Of a stretch of DNA of 64,000 bases, positions 53,594-64,000 are shown one piece after another. Source of the DNA: Eledone cirrhosa. Lineage: Eukaryota. Made by a program: the position numbers and the translations under genes. The DNA lies in NCBI GenBank assembly GCA_964016885.1, contig OZ024740.1:181908001-181972000 (forward strand), written 5' to 3'. Under the pieces are notes generated by a model that had not been told where the DNA came from, ran no database searches, and saw only the letters and a program-made list of their open reading frames with translations. Position 1 is the first letter of the stretch, and every line of letters begins with the position of its first letter.

Positions 53594-53614
53594 ATATATA
53601 CATATAAGTATAGA

Positions 53615-53712
<98 letters not shown>

Positions 53713-53713
53713 G

Positions 53714-53760
<47 letters not shown>

Positions 53761-54339
53761 ATAATAATAAAATTGAAGACTAAAATCCAAAGAGGGCTTC
53801 TTTGCTTAAACTTTAATCTGTTATTTTAATAAATATATATATATATATGGAAAGTTATATTTAAATTGTTGGGTTACAACGAGTAAATATTTATAACTGA
53901 TATAAAAGCACTCGACAAGTATTTGGAGTATATTTACGATATTAAATAAATGGAAACTATATTTATAAAACCATATCTATTTCATTATATATATTTTAGG
54001 GATATCATATTAACAATATGCTATGCCTTCCTCAGACAAAATACAATATAAACAGTTTTATAGATAAATAGATTTGACATACCGTACAACATCGACTTGT
54101 ATTTGAAAAGTTGAATTGGCAGTGAAAAAATTGTACACAGAGAGAAAGAAAGAGAGAAAAAAGGAAAGAAAGACAGAAAACGAAGAAAAAGAAGAAAAAG
54201 AAGAAATGCATGGAACAAAATAGAGAGATGGAAAGATAGATAAAGAGAAGAACTTCATGTAAAGAAACAGATATATATATATATATAGAGAGAGAGAGGA
54301 AATAGAGATAGATATATATATAGAAAACTAGGTAAGCAA

Positions 54340-55822
54340 ATTAAATATAACAATAATAATAAGTTTATTCAACTTGATATTGCTAACTATTATTCTTCTA
54401 TTACCCCTAATCTACTAAATAAGGCACTAAATTACGCATTCAAACATACTGACCTAACTAGCAATGAAATGCATATTATATTATCGGCTAGGAAAACATT
54501 GATAGAATTTAATGACCAACTATGGACCAGAGCAGATAGAGATAGCAACTTTGACATTACTATGGGATCATCCGACTCAGCTCAGGTAACTGACCTTGTG
54601 GGCTTATTTTTAATCAATTCGCTACATAGGAAAATACCTGGTACTACCGGAGGTTTATATAGAGATGACATGCTTTTACTTATTGATAATAATAACTCTG
54701 AACTAAATAGAAAATGTAAACAAATTACACAATTTTTTAATTACTTTAATCTTAAAATAGAAATTGAGAACAACCATAGAATAGTCAATTTCCTAGATAT
54801 AACATTAAATCTCAACACATGTCTTCACTATCCTTTTCACAAGTTGAATGAAAACTTAAACTATGTCAACTTTAACTCTAACCACCCCAGATCTGTCAAA
54901 AACACTATAGTAAACTCTGTTCAAAAACGTATCTCTAGGATCTCGTCGAATAGAAAGATTTTCGACGAAAAAGCCCAATACTACAATGAAGCGTTAGCTA
55001 GAGCAGGATATACTGATAAGATTATGTACATAGATAATGATAGACAAACTAAACAAAATAACAACTATTTTAATTACAGCAACAACCTTAACAACTATAA
55101 TAGAAAGCATTACAATAATTCCAAAGGCCAAAAAAGAAATAGAACTAGGAACATAATTTGGTTTGCCCCCCCCCCCTTTCTCACTAAACATTAAAACCCA
55201 CATCGCTAAACTATTTTTTAAAGCTCTTGATAATCGCTTCCCTAGAACACATAGGTATCACTCAATTTTCAATAGACATACTATAAAATTAACCTACTCA
55301 TCCACCAAAAATTTAGCACAAAATATTAATAGAATAAATAATAGGAACTTAAAACCTAGTGATAATAGCATAAATAATATACAAGTTAACAAATGTAACT
55401 GTAGAGATAGATCTAAATGTCCGTTAAATAACAACTGCTTAGTTAAAAATATAGTATACAATTGTAATGTTAAAACTGACTCTAATTCTTTTAACTACGT
55501 CGGTTCCACATCGACGGAATTTAAACTTCGCTATAATAACCACAAGAATTCTTTCACAGATCCAAGCAAAAAATCTTCAACGGCACTATCAGGCGTACTC
55601 TGGCAACTTAAGCTAGATAACGTTAGATATTCGACGGCTTGGAATATAGTCTCAAGAGGGATTCCTTTTAATTCATCCTCTGAGACATGTGACCTCTGCG
55701 CAGAGGAGATATTCTTTATACTAAAATCTAAAAATTCCCTTAATCTACGGACAAATTTATTCAGTTGCTGCAAACATAGATTAAACTCAACTTTTAAATA
55801 TAAATTTAAATTTAAAATGTAG
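54340..55822 (+). pseudogene. PLE RT C-terminal half + GIY-YIG; single frameshift in a C11 run
   Basis: FIQLDIANYY, TMGSSDS, YRDD, FLDITL, CNCRDRSKCPLNNNCL, IVY..YVG, RYNNH, CDLCAEE. Confidence 0.9.
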
Positions 55823-57170
55823 TATATTTAGTTTGATTTATAATTATATGGGAAACTAGCCGATAAATCTTTCGATTTCTTCTTTTTATTCTTTTTATTT
55901 TTATTTTTATTTAAACATTCTTCATGAAAAATTAAGCTACCCTAAAAGTTGATGCTCCAAATATTTCGAATAAACGTTACACTAGATAAACTTCTATATT
56001 AAATATAAGAACACATGTAGACCAAATGGGCATCCTAAACTTTTTGAAATGATTTTTGCTAGATGCGATTTGATAAATAATTTTTAGCTTTATCTGTTTT
56101 TCGACTCTGATGCTTATAATGAACTTGGCAATATATTGTCAATTAATTTTGAAGGGTTGATCTTTGTGGTTTATTTTTATTATTGTAGTATTTTCTAATA
56201 TTTTTATTTTTAATATGTAATATTCTTTCGTAATATTTTTTAGTTTTCTATTTTATTATTATTTATTTATTATTTATTTATTTATTATTATATTTATTAT
56301 TATTATTATTATTGTTATTTGTTTGGTTTTTGTTTCTGATATATATTTTTTATTAATATATTGAAATCTGCTCTCTATTTCTGCTTGATAGATAATCTTG
56401 TAGAGTAAAGACAAGAATAGTAGTAATATAGACTCTATATATATATATGTGTGTATATATATACACATATATGTATACTTAAATTTTTATAGCACAATGA
56501 GAATGTTTTCCGTGGATTTAGGGTTTGCAGAGTTGATCATGTAAATTCACATAGATGTTTGTAGTTATCACATAAACATATGAATTTTTTTTTAAAACTA
56601 AACATAAGATCATTACTTTTCACACATTATGGATACATGTCTCATTCAGGAATACTGATATTTACAATATAGTGGCTGGTTTTTATACATACTAATACCT
56701 CTACATTAAAACATAGGGTTTTTATGCCTCGCCTATGTCTGGTTATTTTTAATTTTTCTCTCTATATAACAGCTGGTTTCTCTCCTAACCACATATATCT
56801 CCCTTACAATAATACTAGAGCTAAATAAATAAATAAATAAATAAATGTATCATTGATACGTTTACTCAACGGATGTCCCACTACCTAGTTTTCTATATAT
56901 ATATCTATCTCTATTTCCTCTCTCTATATATATATATATCTCTCTGTTTCTTTACATGAAGTTCTTCTCTTTATCTATCTTTCCATCTCTCTATTTTGTT
57001 CCATGCATTTCTTCTTTTTCTTCTTTTTGTTCGTTTTCTGTCTTTCTTTCCTTTTTTCTCTCTTTCTTTCTCTCTGTGTACAATTTTTTCACTGCCAATT
57101 CAACTTTTCAAATACAAGTCGATGTTGTACGGTATGTCAAATCTATTTATCTATAAAACTGTTTATATTG

Positions 57171-57236
57171 TATTTTGTCTGAGGAAGGCATAGCATATTG
57201 TTAATATGATATCCCTGAAATATATATAATGAAATA
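57171..57236 (+). ncRNA. Minimal type I HHR in the PLE-4 pLTR
   Basis: tattttgt CTGAGGA agg..catatt gtt aatatg..cct GAAA tatata TA atgaaata. Confidence 0.78.
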
Positions 57237-57276
57237 GATATGGTTTTATAAATATAGTTTCTATTTATTTAATATC

Positions 57277-57372
<96 letters not shown>

Positions 57373-57384
57373 ATATATATATAT

Positions 57385-57498
57385 TTATCCCATGATCATC
57401 ATCAGTCTATGTATATATATATATATGTATATATATATATGTATATATGTACATATATATGTATATATATATATACATATATTATCTATATCTGCCTG

Positions 57499-57532
<34 letters not shown>

Positions 57533-57544
57533 AAGAGAGAGAGA

Positions 57545-57587
<43 letters not shown>

Positions 57588-57606
57588 GTCTCTCTCTCTC
57601 TCTCTT

Positions 57607-57638
<32 letters not shown>

Positions 57639-57694
57639 CAGGCAGATATAGATAATATATGTATATATATATACATATATATGTACATATATAC

Positions 57695-57725
<31 letters not shown>

Positions 57726-57989
57726 CATAGACTGATGATGATCATGGGATAATTGAACCAATGAACAGACATAGAATAACATGATGTTAACATGTGCTGT
57801 ATATTGCTAGAGATTTGAACACACAGAATCGGAGACAAATCCACATTCTAAGCATATCTGATGATATTTTGATTACAGAGTCAGGTTTAAGCTATAATAG
57901 GTCTTGCCTCCAGCTGATCGATAGTGAAACATATGTAATATTTATTAACTATGTTATGATGCAACATTGAATCCTTGTTCCTTATCCGT

Positions 57990-57990
<1 letters not shown>
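57385..57990. mobile_element. Microsatellite-rich palindrome (57385-57752) running into an HHR-bearing segment (57854-57941 plus)
   Basis: ttatcccatgatcatcatcagtctatg...catagactgatgatgatcatgggataa; atat CTGATGA..GAAA catatg TA atat. Confidence 0.65.
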
Positions 57991-58066
<76 letters not shown>

Positions 58067-58094
58067 GTGGTTACACAATAGTTAGTTCACCATA

Positions 58095-58134
58095 CCGAGA
58101 ACATTTGTTTCACCTTAGCGGGTCTTCAGCTCGG
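58095..58134 (-). ncRNA. Minimal type I HHR
   Basis: ccgag CTGAAGA ccc gctaa ggt GAAA caaatg TT ctcgg. Confidence 0.7.
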
Positions 58135-58344
58135 AATGGTCATGATTATAGGAACAGAAAGGACAACCGTACGAACGCGCATGCGCAGAAACCCTGTCAC
58201 TTCACACAGGCAATACTAGACTGCGTGCGAGAAGTGTAAGGGAGATAACTGCGAAAGTCCGAAAAGTAACCAGGAACTGGTTTTGTATTGATGGAGTTAA
58301 ACACCTCAACAATATGTGTACCCGTCACTACCACACCAATTTGG

Positions 58345-58468
58345 ACTGCCTGAAGAGGTCACAGCCAAAGATGGCTGTTACCGAAATATATATAGGAGCA
58401 CACCTTTAATAAACGAAGCCAAATTTTAAATATTTGACTTATTTATTTTATTTTATTTTATTTTTTAT
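58345..58468 (+). mobile_element. pLTR fragment with HHR, same family as 30396-30500
   Basis: actgc CTGAAGA ggtcacagcc aaagat ggctgttacc GAAA tatata TA. Confidence 0.7.
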
Positions 58469-59263
58469 ATATACATATATATATACACACAGACACACAT
58501 ATATACACACACACAGACACACACACAGACACACAGACACACACACATAATGATTATGCTATAACACTTAAAAGGATAGACATTTTCTGGGGTTTTTTTC
58601 TTTTTGATTTGAAAGCATTAAATACAATCCTGGTTCCCAATTGAAAACTTGTATTGACAAATGTCTTTCTTCCCAAACAGTATTTCCATTTTATCTAAAC
58701 TTTCCAATTTAATTTATATACATCATGTCTGTTTCAGAATAGTGAACTGTATCAACCTTTTAATAAATATTCACTCTAACTGTTACTTAAAATCTAAAAT
58801 GTTGCATTCCAATGCTATTAATTTTATCTAAATAGATTATAAGCTGTCTAACTCAATGGCTATTAGGTTTAAAAGCTGGCCTGTTGACTTCATAGATAAA
58901 AATTAAAACCTTATTAGTGTTATTATGTTGCCATCCTTGGCAAGTTGCATATTAGTAATCTATGAAGTATGTCTGGCAGACATACTTCATATAGTTGTTA
59001 CCTGTAAAAGAAACATCATCACCATCACCACCATTTTTATTTCAACTTTTCCAGTCTGCTATTGACTGAACAGGACATTTTGAGGCAGTGTTTTAGGAAT
59101 GGATTCACAATTCTGGCAACAATTCTTTTAGTCACCTGTCATAACAAGCAGGGATGTAGTGTATCTATTCTAAAAACTAGGATAGGCAGATTGGGAACAC
59201 CTCTAACTCTAAGCAGATATACAATTTATATACAAACATGGATATATACATATATATATATAT

Positions 59264-59264
<1 letters not shown>

Positions 59265-59294
<30 letters not shown>

Positions 59295-59560
59295 CTGTCT
59301 TACGTTGATTCTTCCATGCTAGCATGGGTTAGACGGGTTGTCCTGTTGTGGGCAATGTTAGGTCGGCTGACCTTGTCTTGCTCATACAGGAATTGATTTG
59401 GGCTTGATTTCTACAGCTGTATGCCCTTCCTAACACCAACCCCACTTACAGTGAGTGCTGGGTGCTTTTCTTCCATGGCGCCTACACGTCCACTTTACAG
59501 TGTGGTCTGGGTGCTTTTTTTCGTGACACATCCACAACCTCTTTGCAGTGGGAGGGGATG
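59265..59560 (-). mobile_element. SINE family A-related copy
   Basis: (CAT)n tail; tttctacagctg.atgcccttcctaacaccaac. Confidence 0.7.
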
Positions 59561-61149
59561 GGGGCATATTGTCTATATGCTTCGGCTTGTTCCTGTAGGA
59601 AGTTGGGTCTTGTATATATATATAACAAAGAGGGTGTGGTAAGTTACCAGGTGGACCATAATGCACCAGAGTACTCAATATTAAGGGTAGTAGAATGGGT
59701 AATAGCGTTAGAGTTAGGGTTAGGGTTATAAATATATATATGTGTGTGTACACAAAATTTATAGTTTAATAAAAATTATATGTATAAAATAAAATATAAT
59801 GTACAGATAAATTTCAGGAACAAAGCTAAATTTATATAAAACAAAAGTCAATTTCTGGTCAGAAATGATAATCAATTTATAACTGAAAAGTGTCGACAAG
59901 TTTTAGAGTTTTTGTTTTATGTATTTATTTTTCTTTTGCCAGTCAATAAACGCTAATTTTACCTCATAATAAAGTCCACGTTTAAAGTTTAGAGATCAAT
60001 AAAACAAAACCAAAAAAAGAACAAATTAAAAATTGCCTAATTATAACTTTTAAATTTTGACTAAGTTTTATGAAGCATTTGCTGACTTATTTATAAACTT
60101 GTTTTTATAATAATAATAACTTCCCGTTTAATTATTAGTGTAATAGAATACCAAATAAATAAAAAATAAAAAATAAATGCAGATATAAAAAAAAAACATT
60201 CACAAAGTAAATTTGTGGTGTGAATCTATTAATAATTGAAATCTGTTGACATAAAATATCTTGAGAATGGAAATTTTGTTTTCCAATTGTTATTTATTTA
60301 TTTATGTATATTATTTTTGTGGTTTTCATGTTTTGTATTCTTAAAACTTGAAACATTTTTAGTACTTTTGCAAAATTCAATGAAAATATGTATCATACTC
60401 TTACAAAAGTTGTGGATGGACACATCAAAATGTTGGCTTGCCATTGAAATTACTCAGCATTGTTGTATAGTGTTAAATTAAAACAAAGTTACTTATATTG
60501 TATAAGTGAGTTCTCTCAAAACACTTTAAATGGTAGGAGCATTGTTTAATTTAAAATGTGTTTGTTGGCCTTTATTATTAGTTTTTTAACTCATGAAGTC
60601 TCACTGAAGAAACTCAAGTTATCTAGTCAGTGAGATTTGGTAATTTGTTTTCTTTACAGGCTGCATGCGATTGGTGGCTCACATGTAATCAGTCAACATC
60701 ATATTAAAGACATCAAATTCATACAACCATCATTTAATGGATATCTTATTCCATAATGAATGAAGCAAAGAACTAATATGAATCTCTATATGATCACCCA
60801 CCTGTTTAGAAATAGCAGCCAAATTTTTCTGAAATCACACACTGCCATATTTTGTTACATTATATAATCTGAGATAAACTGTCTGATATGAGAGGTGCCT
60901 TCGCAGCTAGAATACATTTTTAGATCCATAAGTAGGGCCATATTTAGATCTTTGGAGACCTGGAGCAGTACAGTTCAACAAACACCTGAAGGCCATTTTT
61001 CCCACTAAAGATTGACCTTGCAGGCCCCATGACAAGTTACCAGACTTTGACTTATTAACTACATTCTCCGTCATCAATACTCTGGCTTTCATTTCTTGCA
61101 CCATCGTCCCCACTCATTTATTTTGGGTTCTTCCTTTTATTCTATCTCC

Positions 61150-61400
61150 CTCCACATTCATTTTCTTCACTCCTTTCGACCAGTTACTTTCATTCTTCAT
61201 CTATACATGACCCAAACATATCAATCCATTTCTCTTCACAACATCCATCTCTGGCTCAATTGCCATCACCCCCTGCAATTCATTGTTTGTTATCCTCTTT
61301 CTGAGTAACACTCCCCTCATCCACCTTACCATCCTCATTTTTACTTTTTCTATCCTTCTGTGCTGCTCTACATTTTGGGTTATGAACATAGAGCCCTGTT
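61150..61400 (-). pseudogene. Old RTE LINE 3' remnant
   Basis: MRMVRWMRGV...RITNNEL...LICLGHV resembles the RTE C-terminal RMLRW...LxWxGHV pattern. Confidence 0.6.
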
Positions 61401-62696
61401 TGGAGAGTATGTGAGGAGGCTGTTAATATAGGGGCTCTGTTTGACAAGAGATGCACAGGGCATTTTCCCCTTCCCACAGCCAATAAATCCAACCCTGTCT
61501 CTTGTTCTACTTGACCAAAATCCACTTGGGATGGGAGGATAAATACCAATTACAATGAATAGAGTTATCCTTTGAAAATAATAATTTCTATAGCTTAAGA
61601 ATGACACTTGATCTTCCATTTTATGAATTCTGTGTTAACCACTTCTTTCTTTTTAATGAATATGTTAAGGAATCTCATTTGAGAGCTCATCAGCCCATTT
61701 AGATTTTATTTCAATTCAATGATAAATGAAACAAAACCAAAATGAGCTGATAAGCTCTCAAATGAGATTCCTTGACAGACAAGTAGTGAATTGGCAGAGT
61801 CGTTAGAAGGTTAGACAAAATGCTTTGCAATATTTGTTTTGGCTCCCTACTCTCTGAGTTCAAATCCTGCTAGGGTCAACTTTACCTTTCATCGGTCAAT
61901 AAAAAAAAGTACCAGTCAAGTACACAGGTCGATTCTTCCTCTTTAACTCCTTCTCACTTCTATTCTCTCACTCTCCCTATTCTTCTCTGGAGAGATGTGT
62001 TTGCCAGGGTTTAAAATGCCCTAGAAATGATGTATGTCAATATTCTACCCTAGGACTTACTTAAGTGTTATTGGATTAAAGAGAAAAGTTACTATGACAG
62101 ATTTGATTGAATCTATGATGTGATAGCTTGTAAGTAAATTGTTAAACAAATCTCATTGTACTTCTTATTGAAGGAAAGAAAGGGGAAGCGGCCATAAAAC
62201 TTGCTGTTTCTGCCAGATTTGCTATAAAATTCTTTTAGATGTATATGTATAGTATTTTTTTTTTTTTTTGAAAGAGTGCAAAATAAATCAAGATATATTA
62301 TGCAGTCATTTTAATAGAAAATGTTTTATAATTTATATCATATATGCGAAAAAAACCAAAAATATTTATTTTCCTTGTTCACAATATATAATGTTTTTTT
62401 CATTAATCTAGTTATAACTTAATGGAAAAAACTGAATAAGGCGCTTATGGGCTTACCATCATCATTGTTTTTTACTTCCACATTTCTATGTTGGCATGGT
62501 TTGAACAACATTTTTCAGTGTGTAAACTAGATGCTATTCTTAACACAAACCCATACATATTTTTAAATATGGTATTTAATCCACTGATTTCCTCCTATCG
62601 ATCTACTAAGTTGGAAGACATTGTTTATGCAGTACATAAACAATTGGCGCCAGGTCTTTAGGCAATGCAAATGTGAAATTACACATTGCAACAAAT

Positions 62697-62742
<46 letters not shown>

Positions 62743-63047
62743 CTATATATCTAAAACTAATCAAGTATGATATTGTAATATGTACCATGCTTTCACAAAG
62801 GTTTTTCAGTGGTCATACAGTTGCAATTAAACACATACACCCTCTTAGCCCACCATCGTTTGATTAAGTGGAAAATCTAGGACATGACAGCTGGAAGAGT
62901 GGGTTGCTCCAGCACAAGGTTTGTAGTATTTATATCAAGCAAGAAATAATGAAAGGCAAAGTAAACCTCGGCATATTTGAACTCAGAATGCAGATTCAGA
63001 AAAGATATCCAATGCTCTAAGACTCTCACCAAATCAACTGCCTTATA

Positions 63048-63120
<73 letters not shown>

Positions 63121-63328
63121 ATTATTATAAATGTAAGCTATCGCAGTATTTTGACCAAAGAAATTAAAGAAATTATTTAGCCTAATAGTGGGGTTAAGAA
63201 CCCTCGGAGAAATGTAAAAAGATGAGTATTGACGTACATGTCAATAATCATCTTTTTCAATTTAATTTCTTTAGTCAAAATACGGCGATAGCTTATATTT
63301 ATAATACATATATATATATATATATATA

Positions 63329-63810
63329 GTAGTGAAAGAGGGAGGAATAACATGGTCGGCTGTACAAAAAGGGTTTTATTTATAGTATTAACAATTGTTT
63401 CATTGATCAGGTGAGTCTAAAGGCCGCTAATCACTCGAAATTGCGTCACTCGACATTAAATACAGTGTGTGTCTCTGATCAAGTCATTCCGATGATTTGA
63501 TCAAAGACACACACTGTATTTAATGTCGAGTGACGCAATTTCCAGTGATTAGCGGCCTTTAGACTCACCTGATCAATGAAACAATTGTTAATACTATAAA
63601 TAAAACCCTTTTTGTACAGCCGACCATGTTATTCCTTCCTATTTCACTACTATTACTCCAAGAATAACCTGCATGGGAACTCTCGCGAACCACTACCTAA
63701 CTATGGAAACCTGTTGTTGAGTCAAACAACGCTGTACATTAAAACTATCCACAATACATAGTACTCACAACCTCTAACTGGATTACCTAAAATGATAACA
63801 TGTTATCCCA
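63329..63810. mobile_element. Head-to-head pLTR palindrome in (TA)n (arms 63329-63483 / 63497-63653) with an HHR-like motif at 63486-63594
   Basis: ~155-bp inverted arms; CCGATGA t ttgatca...tgatcaa t GAAA caattg TT aat. Confidence 0.7.
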
Positions 63811-63832
63811 TATATATATATATATATTCATA

Positions 63833-64000
63833 TATCATCATCATCATCATCACTGTTTAACTTTCATTTCCCATGCTACCATAGGTTAGACGAGCTGTCC
63901 CATTGTGAGACAAGCCAGATTGGATGACCATGTTATGCTCATACAGAACTGATTTCAGCTTGATTTCCATGGCTGGATGCCTTTCCTACCCAACAACCAC
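63833..64000 (-). mobile_element. SINE family A-related tail, cut by the window edge
   Basis: (CAT)n tail followed by ggctggatgcc.ttcct. Confidence 0.6.

Larger units (their letters stand above)
53849..57279. mobile_element. PLE-4: inverted 3' arm (53849-54333, minus) plus a 5'-truncated plus-strand element (54336-57279)
   Basis: 53934-54333 is approximately the reverse complement of 56882-57279; HHRs at 57171-57236 (plus) and 53978-54043 (minus). Confidence 0.9.

Noticed and set aside
17579-55822. Selenoprotein-encoding (Naiad-type) PLEs
   Set aside because: The endonuclease is C-terminal, not N-terminal. The stops I checked are TAA/TAG or frameshift-related, with no TGA at conserved Cys positions.
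58961-58991. Perfect 14-bp hairpin tatgaagtatgtct-ggc-agacatacttcata as a terminator
   Set aside because: Eukaryotic context, no U-tract or gene; probably a local inverted duplication.
59703-59727. Interstitial telomere
   Set aside because: Only two perfect TTAGGG units; too short to support.
60640-60755. Possible host exon after the acceptor-like tttctttacag
   Set aside because: All frames close within ~95 nt, and there is no recognisable protein or strong donor site; RNA-seq would be needed.

Overview
AT-rich eukaryotic DNA, intergenic or intronic, with no confidently identifiable host gene. The SINE/LINE repertoire and dense (TA)n microsatellites suggest an invertebrate, most likely a cephalopod such as Octopus (inference). 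It is almost entirely repeats. There is a three-level nested tandem array (246-4028), four RT+GIY-YIG Penelope-like elements (PLEs) with Hydra-clade-like motifs, one Neptune-like PLE 3' fragment, a full-length decayed Tx1/L1-type LINE, and RTE, R4/Dong-like and CRE-like LINE remnants. Two tRNA-type SINE families are also present. Reading by eye, I find about 25 type I hammerhead-ribozyme (HHR) motifs from roughly 17 unrelated sequence families, some degenerate and most in elements abutting (TA)n. Some have compensatory U3-A8 cores, and three ORF-less 500-610 bp HHR units carry terminal direct repeats. The most interesting pattern is a covarying RCTC...GAGY stem-loop shared by otherwise dissimilar PLE-type elements. 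Element 3' junctions with (TA)n repeatedly fall just 5' of this hairpin, suggesting a cis-acting signal that positions reverse-transcription initiation. All folds and alignments were done by eye, so coordinates may be off by a few bases.
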